Shown here piece by piece: positions 11,113 to 24,170 of a stretch of 64,000 nt of DNA (its first letter is position 1; every line of letters starts with the position of its first letter). The notes beneath the pieces were generated by a model. That model worked only from the letters and a program-made list of their open reading frames with translations, ran no database searches and was not told where the DNA came from. Origin of the DNA: Marsupella aquatica. Lineage: Eukaryota; Plantae; Marchantiophyta. The DNA is taken from contig OZ316891.1 of NCBI GenBank assembly GCA_973895155.1, positions 12,646,771 through 12,710,770 on the forward strand. Direction: 5' to 3'. A program made the position numbers and the translations under genes.

Positions 11113-14100
11113 TCATTTTGTCCTTTTAAAGCAATCAGATGCAGAATGCCCTTCAGCGTCACAAAAGTAGCATGTGCAATCATCTCCACTTGTCAGAACC
11201 CGGTACCACCTGCCAGGAGCCTTGTGAGGATCTTGTTGGATGTCCTCGACAGTCCTAGAATCAAGTTTTTTGGTTGGCCTTTGATACCTGAAGCCAACTT
11301 TCCGAGGACTTATGCTCTTACTATTCACATCTGTGGGTTTCTGTGAAGCAATTTCATTTGCCTGGTCTCGTGTGATTTCGGTTGGATCGACATCCCTGCA
11401 ACTTGTACCCTCTATTCGTACTGCCTCAACCAAGTTAGTTCTACTCTCACACGGCTTTATGTTATTTTTATGACTTTTGCAGGGTCTTACCTTCTCAATA
11501 ATGGTTTTACCACAATGGGGGTCTTTTGATGTGCTCAAAGAAATTCCACCGTAACACTCCCCTATCAGCTTCTCCGTAGTAGTTTTTAGAGTACTTTCAT
11601 GCCATTCTGGAGGTCTTAAATGTATTGTAGCCAAGGTGCCGTCTCCCACTTCTCTCGAGGTACTCTGGATGGCAACAACATGCTTATCCCCAACCAGCGT
11701 GGCCGTACCAGTGTTGGTCTTGTGTCTGATCTTCTCTTTGAGACTTTTCATAGAGCTTGCAATACGTGCAGGGCCCTTCTTCAAATCATGGAGACGATGA
11801 AATTGCTTGCACGACTTCTCATCATCTCCGCTAATCATGGTTTCCTCAACATTCGTCCTCGGTTCAAAATATCTACTCATGACGATCTCTGAAGTTTTTT
11901 CTCCGACGTCTTGCCTACTGCTTCCATCTGAAGCAGAGCCCAAAGAGACTTCAGGCCATCTATTCGCCCCTCTCCCAGTATCTTGCAAATGTAAACTCTG
12001 TTTGACTGAAACTCCAGCAGTTACATTTCTCATCGTACAATCCACCCTCCCCGCTGAGTACACACTTCGACCGTCGCGCTGTCTAACGGTGCCGCAAAAC
12101 GGTTTAGAGCTGGAACCGTGTTCTGATATCCTCCCAGATTTTCGAGTGACGTTGGGTTGCTCATAGGTTCGACCAGAATTACCAATTGAAATCATCTTAC
12201 AATTACTCAGTGCAGGACTCTGTAACGTAACTTCATCCCATTTTCTCTTGCTTGGTAAACCTATTGTTTGGTGTTTAACATCATGTCCCAAAGAACTTTG
12301 GCTCCCGTAAATCCCACTTGTCATCGGTTTCCTCTTCCCTGTAAGATCTCCCGTACCACTTCCAAACTCCTCATCGAATTTCCTTTTGCTCCCAGTCTCC
12401 TTACTGTGCCTGCTGTGCTCAGAATATGTATCAGAACAGCCCCTGCTCGACCCACTTTCCATCATTATCACAGGATACTGTGTGCCTATTTCACACTGAG
12501 TGATCAATGCTGGACTTCCACTCGTAGAGTTTTCAATCCTCTCTAAAATTCTGATCTCGTTGTGCTCAGTAAAAGTATGCGCAATATTGTTTGTTGGAAC
12601 CTGCCTGCTGCCACTATTCTGCTTAGCTACTTGATGAGCATATGCACTACTTCGATTTCCCGTCTGTACCAGAGAGTTTTGCAAACTTTCCTTGCACACG
12701 TCCACCTCCAACCAAGTGTTGAGATTTTGATCCACTTGGGCATGTTCAATAGTATTACTGCAATCTACTGTCTCCACAAACTCCTGTGTAACTCGTTCAC
12801 CTTGCTCCGTGCCATCATGAGCCAAAATCTTACGCGAGTTGCTATTCTTGATAGAGCTGCTCACCTGCCCTTCAAACTTTGATTCACTTTGATGCTGTTC
12901 AAAGGTTTGAAGGACCTCAGGTTCAGTTCCTTCATATATTCCATCTATAAAATACTCATCATCTACTTCATCTATCATATCGAAATCCTGAAGATGACTT
13001 GAAGTGCTTTTCTTTTCATACTTGAGTGGATAGTAAGGGACGACTTTTCTGAATTCTAACACAACCCCTGCATATCCCTTTCCTCCTTGAAGTGCCTCAA
13101 AGTATGTCTTGACATCCTTATTTACTCTGTACAGCAACAAACGACGCATGTAAGCTATGTCCCTATGATTTCACTTGATCAATTAGAAGTACTGTCAACC
13201 CACGTGGACCTGGAATATACTAAACAAGACTTTGAAGACAGGGTAACAAAGTGAAATTATAACGCCGTATTAGACTAGATAGAGATGAAAAGTGATCTGG
13301 TACCTTACAACAAATTTCTTCTGGTTTGTGTCTAGAATCTGCAAGCCGTCCATAGATCTCACGCGGCTCAGAGCAACGTATGTCTGTCCCTCAGTAAAGA
13401 CATGCGAAAGCGACACTTTTGCATAGTCCAACGTCATTCCTATTCACAGACGCACACATCCATTCAGCGTGTTGATTCCCCAAATCCCATCTTGCACCAA
13501 ACAAGCACATTCCTAAAAGTGTGATTTGGAGTTTAAGAAACCTTCAAAAGGCACTAAGTACGAGGCAGTCAAATCACATAGACAACTATCAGCATCACAA
13601 TATTCTTATTTATTTGCTTTTTTCAGCATCACAATTGTACGCAAAACTTCTTAGATTTGATGCATGTTCTACCTCAACCGTAAGTCAAAGAAGTATACAG
13701 TTTCCATAGTGTCGTACGCATAGTTAAAGCAATTAGATTATACTAATGAACATGTGCCACACAAAGCAGATCTCCTAGTACTTGGAGCCATTGGTTGTGA
13801 AGAGCTGACCTTGGCATTTGTGAATCGTCATGGCCCACGCTAACTTTAAAGGTACCTGTAAGACAGTTACATCTCAGAACGAATTCTAATATGCATCTGG
13901 AAGACCATGAGTGGATATGTGCCCACCACCGTGAGATTTACAAAGTAAGCTGTTCTACCAAGCTCTTAACCACAAGCGTTCCCCTCAACATCGCAAAGCT
14001 ACCATCTGAGAGGAGGATTTCGTTCGTATTGACTCAGTCACACGCTCTGAAATTAAAGCAGACATACTCACTTGTATTCTTGTGCATTCACCAACGTTTA

Positions 14101-17100
14101 CAACTTCATAGCTGAATACCATAGGAACAATATCAATTGTCTGCCCATTTTTGAACTTGACCCGAGGAACCATGTCAAAATCACTTTCTTGCAAACATCT
14201 TATCCAATTCTGACTCAAAAACTTCTTCTTCAGATTCCCTTCACCCAAGTTGTCTCTTTCCATTCTAAGGTCCGCCAGGGCCAGGTCTCTTGGTGTCCAT
14301 CCAACAACTACCCCACGAGATCCATTTACCAGCGTCATGGTTTGGCTACCTGGACGCAGGAGATTTCGGAGCAGTATAACCTGTCAGGATGCATCTGTCA
14401 AGTCTCAAAAGAAAGAGAATGGGTCTAAGGAAAGATCAGATTGTCCCTATAATATTGTCCAAACCAATTGAAGATGTTCTGTAAAATTATTGACTAGAGC
14501 TGCCTAATTTTTAGACTCAGTGCACGCTATAGCAGAAAGTTGAGGTGGTGTATACACTCTTAATCACCACTTACCTGGGCTCCGATTTTCAGTCGTAGAA
14601 TCCGCTCTGCAGAGCATGCCTTCCAAAATATGTGCCTTGTGAGCAAACGCCGCTGCTTTTCATGGCGCTCCATGATAGAATGGTCATGCGGAACATTGCT
14701 CTTTATCAAGTCAAATTTACTTTCCTCAACTGTCACAACGCTATCGACACTTATCATAACAACCTCACGTGGACGAAGTTTAGTCAACTCCAGTTCATTC
14801 AGCTCTTTCACCTCCTTATTCCTGAAAAAATGCACATCCTATTCCATAAATAGATATCCGCAAAGTATGTTGACGTGTGAAATCATTGAAGCTCAAACCG
14901 TATATGCGGGAGGGAACGAAATTGTGATATGCGTTACAGACTTTGTTTTCCAATGTATCCGCCGTCTCGGTTGGAAGGGTCAAACACACCTGGGGAATAA
15001 TAGAGTTGGCTTAATCCCAAATTCACATTTCAGCTCTCTGGAACACTTTTGAACTATTGTGTCGACAGCTTCTGGATTTCTACCAGTCCTTATGTCCTCA
15101 AGTAATTTCACAAAATAGTCTTTCTCGTTCTGCATTGCGGTATACCAATAGTCACCAAAATAAGTTATGCAAGGAACAGTTTAGAATGATCTTGAAGGGA
15201 CTGCAATTGTTGAAGCTCAGTAAAACAATCAAATAAACCAGTACGGAAATTCCGTCGATGTCCAACAATGTACCAATTAGGCCCACCTGACGAAAGATAG
15301 TTGTGAGGATGACCTCCTTCAAATCCGCCTTCTGCCAAGCTGGAGCTTGAAATGCCATTCCTCTATTGGTTAGCTCATCCCAGCTTGGCCATCTGTTGGC
15401 ATCGTCAGGCTTGACAACCACAGGGAGTAATTGGAAGAAGTCACCTGCCAGTATCACCTATAAGAAGTTCATTTTGAAGCCTGTAAGACACTTTATAAGC
15501 TGAGAGAGTTACTTTGCCAAACCATTCATTTGGAAGTAGGGGACATGTTAGAATGTTTAGTATTTAAAACAAAACCCTACATTATATGTGCCATATATCC
15601 AAAGCACATATTTTAATGCCTAGAATACCTTTTAACGTTAACAGGAACTCAAGGGAGGGGGTGACTGAAGACTGGGAAATGACTCACTTCCCAGATCAAC
15701 TAGAGACTGGCTGAAAAGAATTGAATATATTTGAAAGTTCAAGGATTATATAAGAGGGGCAAGGAGCCTCGACTCGAGGACGGCAATAAGCCACTGGACA
15801 CTTGCCAGCAAAACAAGCACGGCAAACGAAGGATCTTGAAAGTCACACAAGAAAGCTACCAGAAACCAAGTCAAACAAACATCGAAATCAGAAAGGATAC
15901 CTCCCCTGTTCCTGTGGCTTTCATAGAATTCCAATGCTGTTGATAAAATCATGTATCCTTGATGATCGCGGGTGAGAAGGATATTTTGAGTGAAAATCCC
16001 CTGGGACAGTTCTAGTGTAACCTTTGGAGGAGGTTGAGCCTTTAATTTAAAGTCGGGTTCCGCACAACAGACATGATGCACGTACTGCTTCTGTTTCAGT
16101 GAAGCTCTTTAGGTTCGGAGTCTTTGCCCACCTGGAGGCCTCCGAAAGGAAGTATTTCTCTTGATGAATTGAATACTTCTGTTGATGGTGTATTCTCATC
16201 ACGCAATTCATCTGCTTCCGTTTCTCTGCGAAGCTGACTCAAGGTTTGTTCAAGATACTCAAGCGTCTCGGCGCTGATCATAGACACTTCATCAATGATC
16301 AACACCTTCATATTCCGCCACTTAGTTTTCAGTCGACTTTGGTACATACGGCTAAAATCACGAATTCTCCTCGGGACTCCAATTCCTGTGACTGAGTGCA
16401 GAGTTGTGCCGCCGATAGCCAATGCTGCAAGACAAGACTGCTTGTCAATATCTTTCTATTAACACTATCGGATCGTCACCAATGTAGTCCACAACGTGTA
16501 AGAATCAGACTGACGCGAACTGGTTGATCAGCTTTCTATCTAGAATAGACATCCAAAATTTTGGCTGAATTCCTCCAGCCAACAATTGACCGTAAGTTTT
16601 GTATTTTTGTAGCAACTTACCTGCTATGCCTGTGGACGCCGTTACTGCCACACTGCAAGCAAAGCATTCACAGTAGGCAATGGAGCCAGGAATGAGACCC
16701 GGCTTTGGCGCCTTGTGAACCATTCCAAACTTCTTCTGCAGTGTAGAGATGATAAATTTCAGCACAAAGGATTTTCCCGTCCCGCCTGCACCTGTGAAGA
16801 AGACATTCTACACAAGAAAGTGAAAGGCCTTGTCAGACTGTGTACCTGCACGTCCATTTCGACCTCCAAGGGTTCATCACGACATTCTATGACGAGAGGC
16901 ATGGGAAGCAGATCAGCTTGACGAACTCCATCACTTCCAATTGAGGTGACCCATCTCCTTAATGCTAAGCTTAATCAAAATCAGAATTTCAGAGCAACCA
17001 AAGAAATAGGGCCTGGATGTCACCTTAAGCCTATTCGAAAAAGAAAAAGACGAACATCTACCCCATCTCTAATGACACCGTTTTTTGGACTGCAATGACC

Positions 17101-17784
17101 CGAACTCGAATTTTACATCTACCGAGGAGCCTCTACGACCATTTCGCCACTAGTTCATCTAATACTGCCAGAATTTATTTATTATCATTTGAAATAAACA
17201 TTCTGAGTTCATGAAGCAATTAACATAAGTCGATCATAACGACGTGCTCTTCTTGCCTTTCCTTCTTTAACCAAATCGATCACTTTTTGTTGCTCGGGTG
17301 AGAATGAGTTGGAATTTTCGATTGCGCTCCGTCTGTTCTTGGCCATTCTGCTTCCAACGTTGTGCTTCTGTCGGGATTGAAATGCTGTCCTCTTGAGCAC
17401 ATCCAGAGGGATTTCATCGTCATCGTCCTCCTGCTTCAGTCGTGATTGAGATGCTCTGCTCTTGAGCACATCCAGAGGGATGTCATCATCATCGTCCTCC
17501 TGCTTCTGTCGTAATTGAGATGCTCTGTCCTTGAGCACACAAAGCGGGACGTCCTCATCATAATCGTGCCGAGAGGAGGAACAGTCCCCCCACAGTGAAC
17601 GTCTAGAACGATCTCCCGCCTCCTCGCTTACAATCGTAGCACATGACGCCACGGGTTCTGAACCTTGACGACCTTTGTTAAACTCCCCTATCGAATTCCC
17701 GGGTGCTCTGTTCCCAGCACCCGGACCTGCAATTGCATCGTCTTCAATGCAATCATCCAGCAAAGTTAAGTCGAAGAAGGTCAT
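11113..17784 (-). CDS. PIF1: PIF1-family 5'-3' DNA helicase, ~10 exons, with acidic N-terminal repeats and a long C-terminal tail ending in a CCHC zinc knuckle
   Basis: Motifs in order across exons: NVFFTGAGGTGKS, VAVTASTGIAALAIGGTTLHS, VLIIDEVSMIS, PFGGLQVILAGDFFQLLPV, LTTIFRQ, LKIGAQV, LVNGSRGVV, PLKLAWAMTIHKCQGMTLD, QTYVALSRVR; last exon is the large 11113-13149 ORF. Some internal exon borders are approximate. Confidence 0.88.
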
Positions 17785-19640
17785 CGATCAACTTCTGCCT
17801 AGGGTTGTCAATCAACAACCTCACACAACAACGGTACAGCTGATTGAGAGAGCAAACCCACCGACCGTCTGTGACTACTAGTGTTGGTTCGCTATCTGGC
17901 AACAAACTGGACTTCGTAACGTAGTCCGTGTCGACAGGACTATGGTACGAGGTGGCCGGCCGTCTCCCGCATCCTGCTGGATTTCCGCTCTACCTGTGTG
18001 CTCTGCTGAAGCTCACCATCCAGAGTCAAATCCGTTGCACAAATCCAAAACCCTCGATGCAAATTTCGGTAAAATCTACTGTCCGAGAGGAAAAGACGAA
18101 ACCCCTCGACGAAATGCCAGTTATCCGGCGTATAACCTTATTGGGAGGTACCAGTTATTCCCGTATTCGTAATTCTGTTATTCCCATGATCCCAATTCTT
18201 GTCAGGAACATGCTTCCTACTTTCTGGCCAAACTTTCGATCCAACAGTTTAGATCGCCTCTTAACAGCCACTCGCCATATATTAGAGGGAAGTGTGAACG
18301 ACTTCCCCCTTTTTCCACATTTCACTCTCTCCTCTACTGTGCCTGTATGTCTACTCTACAACTTCAGGAAAGCATTACTTTTTATGGTGAAATTTGGTGG
18401 ATCCAGGTTTTGTTACGGCTAGTGGAGGTTTAGATAACCACTGCACATCATCAAACCTGGATCCACTCTTTTGATCAACTCCTAAATGGCCCTTATCGAT
18501 CAAACCCTTGATTATAACCTTTTTCCTTAAACGACTGAGGAGACTTGAAGGTAGAGGAAAATGAATGAGTGGAATGTAGAAAAAGGGTGAAGTATTATAT
18601 ATAGTGGTATTGTGAAAGGATATATCTATGGTCTCCTTTCATTCAAATATTAAGCCCAAATGGACCCAGAGTTTGTTATGCATTCTCCATGGACTGCCTA
18701 CAGTCATAAGTTAATTTACATGAGGAAAAAAAGTCGCCATTTGCTTTTGGAAGATGATTCATTTTTGCTAAGGACTCCTCGAGCAGGTTTTCTTGACACC
18801 TCAACCAATTGTGAACTGTTGATTTTTAGCAAATTTGTGCATTTTTTGGGACAACTTTTGGATTTGTTTAATCTCTAATTTTGCCAGCATGTTCATTTGC
18901 TACAAATGCAAAAAATGGTCAAATGTCATAAACTAATTGCCATTTAATGGACATTTCACTTTTGTGACGGATGCTCTGAGAAGTTCGGCCATGAGCCACA
19001 AATGATCATTTTTGGGAAGGCTGCTTCAGTTTTGTGAAGAATGCCCCAAGTATTTTGGGCATGAGGAGCAACCTACCATTGGGTGATCTAATTAAAAAAA
19101 CCAGCTGCTAATGGTAAGGAGTCCATTTACAAGTCAGATTTCAATAAAACTCGTAAAAGGTGCTGTGGGAGTATATTTATACTTTCTACACCAGTCCATC
19201 CAGCCTTTGGAAATCCATGTGGGCATCACAGCAAACCCTTAGATCCATAAGAGCTTAATTTTCCTTCTCATTTCCGTTATTAATGCACTAATCATTGGTA
19301 TTGTATTCTCTTCCTTGAAATGGATTTTCTGTAATTATTGGAGGAAAAAAAAATCTTCCTCCTACATTTCATGAGAGAAGTTCAATTTGATGCTGGAGAA
19401 GCTTGTTAAAAGGATTCTATAGAGTAGGGGTTGGGACAATGATGTTCCAAACTATTTGCTTGTGTTGAAATTCACTACTGTAGAGATTCAGGAAGGACTC
19501 AGTATCAATTTTGTATCCCTTGCACAAAGCTGTCAAACTTCTTTCATGACCTCGTTCATCCTTCCTCTGACCGAAGATGATTTTGTAATCTGTAGTGTTG
19601 TTTCCAGTGTAGCTGATCTCGCCTTATTTTGGTCTGGACA

Positions 19641-19945
19641 GCTACACTGTCCACTGTAAATAGTGTGAATATATAATTAATTAATATGACACCAAAATAG
19701 AGTGTGTGAACATTTAGCTACACTGTCCATCGTAAATAGTGTGAATATATAATTAATTAATGTGACACCAAAATAGAGTGTGAGAGTGTGTCAACATTTT
19801 TTTCTAACCCTAAACGCACTAATTAAGTATGTTAAATCACATACTTTAATTTATACTTTAAATTGAGAGTCAGCTTGAGTCTCAGTTTTGTGCCTCCAAA
19901 AGAGTGCCTCCAAAAGTGTGTCTGTGCCTCCAAAAGTGTGCCTCT
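19641..19945. repeat. Two tandem ~76 bp copies (gctacactgtcca...atagagtgtg) followed by short gtgcctccaaaa repeats
   Basis: Direct repeats visible at ~19641-19716 and ~19717-19782, and at ~19889-19945. Confidence 0.75.
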
Positions 19946-20325
19946 AAGGAGAGCGACACCTGAAATAATATAAATCACACTAATTCATGTGAGACATAAA
20001 ATCTGAAGGGCTACGTTGAGGTGGACACAGTGTACTGTAGATATGGGTCGCGAGACCAATAACAAATTTTGAAGGCAAGAAATCTGTACAGTTGAGAGGG
20101 GCGATCTGAACAGAATTTGCCGTAAAATTGCGGTGTTCCATCCAGATAGCTACAGTACTTACAGTAGAAACACTAATCAACCAAATCAATACACTGCTTT
20201 AATCATCGGTCCCTCTCATAAATATCTCCTTCCTCCTTTGATCGTCGGGGAAAGCTGGCATTTTCCCAGGCACAACTTCTGCACGTTCAACTGGAATCGG
20301 CATTCTACTCTATTTGCTACTGCGA

Positions 20326-23300
20326 CTAAATGGAGCTGCAATCAGAAACGCGAGATTGCGTTCTACTCGCGATTTTATTACTCGGAGGATTATTGGACGC
20401 TACCATGGCCCTCATGGTTGGCGTGTTGAAATAATCAGGATCACGCCGGTAAGCTGCAAAGGGGGGGATCGGCTTGGAATCGGGTAAAGCCTGGCAAGGA
20501 ATTTCGCGGTTGAGCATCCTGACGACTTGGGGCATCGATGGCCTTGCTGTCGGATCCGGATGTGAGCAAAGCAAGCCGACGTTGAGCAATGTGGTGACTT
20601 TGTCGAGAGGAAGTTGTCCCATTGGCAATCTGGAGTCGACTGCGTTCATCATCTCACCTGTGCTGCGGAGATGCCACACCCAGTCCACGAGAACGACTTC
20701 TTCTGGAGGGTAAGTTCGCTCGATGGGCCGCCTCCCGCACGCCACCTCCAGAGCCAGCGCGCCAAAGCTGAACACGTCCGTCTTGTCTGTCGCTTTGCCG
20801 GTGATCGTAATTTCCGGCGCAAGATATCCCAGCGTTCCTACATCACGATCGTGCACGAACAAGCACTGTTATAAATATTTTTGTTACTGACAACAATTTT
20901 GGGGAACAGTTCAGTTCCCTGTGTCGCTACCTTTGATGCGTGGGTAGTTCCGAACTTAATTGCTACCAAAATCGTGGGACTTACTGTTCAGCTCAAAGCT
21001 CTGCCCGGATTCGGTGCAAGGTACGTGGTTTCTTACCCATCGTTCCCGGCTCAAGTAATCAAGCGAGACGGTTCTAGACTTCTAGAGCACCGGTCCGCCA
21101 TTAATAGCTCACAATTCAAGGACGGTAAATTCTACCAAACAGTCATATATTGTTGGAACACATGACATCAACTGAAAAGATTCTAGGTCCGACTCCTTCC
21201 CATGTACCTGCAATCCTGCTGCACTTGGGGTCCTTGTTGTGCTCAATCAGGCGCGCAAGGCCAAAGTCGCCTAAACGAGGATTGAAGTTGGAATCTAATA
21301 GCACATTGGAAGCTTTGATATCTCTGTGCACAACCTGCTTTTCCAGTATTGACCATTGATTAATTCGACTGTTAATATACTAGTTGTGCAATAAACTCTT
21401 TGAATTTGACTCACTGGAATTCTAGAGAAAACCAAAAATGAACAGTGGAAACCCAGGCCAACAGAGCGATAATTCAAAGAGAGGATCGTGCTTTCAACGA
21501 ACGAAGCTTTCACATATATCTCTGTGTACAACCTGCTTTTCCCACTCGCCATGCAAATAAGCGAGGCCTTCTGCCACTCCACTGACGATGTTGTACCGGC
21601 TTTCCCAAGGCAAGACTTTCTCTTGCGTCCCAAACAAGAGCCTATCCAAGCTCCCGTTGGGCATGTAGTCATAGACGAGCAGGAGCTCTCCTTTTTCATG
21701 GCACCAACCCAAAAGATGCACCAGATTGCGATGCCGAAGCCTGCCTATACTCGAGACCTGAAATGAAATGATGAACGGCTTAATGATACAGGAATCCCTC
21801 GTTTTGATGTGAGCTCGACATCAGTTAAAATGTTAGTTGTGCTATAAATTGATAGAATTTGACTCCATGCAATTACAGAGAAAGCCCACAATGTAACAGC
21901 GAAAACTTTGGCCAATGGGGCGATGACTGTAAGATAGGATAGTGCTATTCAAACAACAAGGCAACCTTCTCGTGCATATTCGAGCGCAAGACTTTAATTC
22001 GAGCGACAGACGACCGCTTATCACCTCGCTTTTCACAGGAGACAGCAGACTGGCTTTGATTTCCAGAGGAATCTTGTCATTCTCTCCTTTCTCTTTCTTC
22101 TTCTCATCAAAAGATATAGAGAAGGGCGTCGGTGACTTGTTTAGTGGTAGCTAAGTTTGACACCAGAATAGAGCCAGCCGGTTCGAGCCACGTAAGAGAG
22201 TATATAGCCAGGGAACGTTTAAAGTACTGAATCAAATCATATGATCGAGATTCTAAAGTTATTTCCTTTCCAATCGTCGACGTTGAAACCTATTCACTCC
22301 GGGTTTTTTAAAATCAAAGAGACCTAGAGATATATTGTTGTTCAATTCTGGATCTATGATCCGAGGTATGATCATCTCATCGAGTAATAATATTACTTGA
22401 ACATTATTCCTCCATAAAACAATCGAGATAGTTCTGAAAATGATGCCTGCCTACAATTCAACATAATCTTTGTTCGTTGTGAATTGGCTCTATATGGGTT
22501 TACACAGCATTCAGCAACAAGCTAAGTAAGATGATGATATCGCAACTTCCACCAATGAGCTAGGATTTTGACAATACTCGATCGGCCTCAAGAACATTAT
22601 GGAAAATGCTTAAATTGCTAATTAGCTAGTGTTCTGTGTGGAAGACTCCACTTTAATAAGAAACCGTCTACTCTTTCCTCAATTATGCATCGTATTATTG
22701 TCCGTCTTCACCTGACCGGTTCATGTTGGTACCAGTTACTCAGTAGCTTGTTCTGGCATTCTACGCAGGTAGCGATTAAGTGTCCTAGCTTTGGTTTGGA
22801 TGCCTGAGGTTGGCCACTTGCGCTCGTCTTTCTCGCAGTTACCGCAGCCTGCTACTTAAGAGAGTTCTTTACATATTTCTATGCTTCCCCGTACTTTTAC
22901 TGATTAAATGTTAATATTGTTTAGAGGATAGCACAAAGCTAAGTTAACGTACCTCGGCAATGAATTGCCGCTCTCTCTGGGCGTCGTTTCTGGACTGGAT
23001 GCGCTTCACTGCGACCAGAGTCGAGAAATCATCGTCGTCGGCTATAAGTCCTTTGTACACACTTCCGAATCCTCCGCGACCAATCAATGCCCTCTCATCG
23101 AACCCGTTCGTAGCCATACTGAGCGTCCTGTACGTGAAAATCTGCGGAGCTGAATGAATGTCTCGGTCGGGGACTTGCTTGGCCCCGCGGTATTTGACCA
23201 TTACCCATATGTACCTAATGGGTACTAACGCCAGAAGACAGATCAAGAGTGCACAGCCAACGCCTGCTCCGATGTATATCATAAGCCACCGATGCCCATT

Positions 23301-24170
23301 GATCCAGGATTGCTCGGTACTGCTAATACTCGATCGCGGAGGCTCGTTGGAAGGACCTCTCGATGCAGGAAGGGAACGCGGGCAGCCAGTAGAATGGAAG
23401 CTCCAGCTTCTGATGGAAACTTTGTCTCCAGAGTAAAACCCGATATACATGGAGTCCAGGACCACTCCTGAAAGATCATACTTCGTCGACAACAGCACCC
23501 ATTTGGGCCCGTCCGAAGTATTGCTGACCCTTACTTGAAGCTGCAGCCTCTCTGCGTCATAATCGATCCAAGCGAAGTTCAGCACTGCGTCTTCTAAGTA
23601 GGTGCTGAACATGCTTACCGACGGCGGCTGCACCTCTTGATTGAGACCGTTTGAGCTCATACGATCCCATTTCTCAAACTGCACGGCAAAAGTGTGTGAA
23701 GAGGAGTTCGACCGTGTGACATTGTAAGGGAAAACGTCTCCGGAACTTCCTTGCACGGCACTCTGCTCGGGTGTTATGAGGAAAGCCAACCCATTAAAAG
23801 CTGGGGAAGCTTGCACCACTGAGACGAGAGAGAAGGAGAAGAATGTGCTAAAAGAAGCCGACTTATTGGAGCTAGGATGTATGAGGGAAACGGGAATTTT
23901 ATACAACGCCTGACCCATTTCCGTCGAGTGGTCTCCTCCGCTGTTGTTCTCTGGAGGCGCCATGCGGATCGATCCACCTGCATCGATCCATGAGCGCGAA
24001 ACTAAGTTTACGGATTCGGGAGAGAACCCCGTGAAGTTGAATGCGCTTTGGTCGCAACTGCCATTCACCCTAGCTGGTTTCCATAGGAAGACAATCACAA
24101 GAGCTATAGCCAAGACTCTCCCGACCTCATGCTGCCACTGTGTTTTGTTACTCGTCCTCATAACCTTCAT
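20326..24170 (-). CDS. L-type (legume) lectin receptor-like kinase. Exons 24170-22953, 21757-21533, 21334-21208, 20837-20326
   Basis: Signal peptide; lectin domain ([33 protein letters not shown]); TM segment; kinase motifs [48 protein letters not shown]. Confidence 0.9.

Noticed and set aside
15645-15690. ctcaagggaggg...ggaaatgactcac in a PIF1 intron resembling the TRIM PPT/LTR junction
   Set aside because: Too short and gapped to distinguish from chance without a family consensus
11113-17784. Helitron Rep-helicase interpretation of the PIF1 gene
   Set aside because: No Rep domain or Helitron termini seen; motifs are of the cellular Pif1 type and the reading frame appears intact
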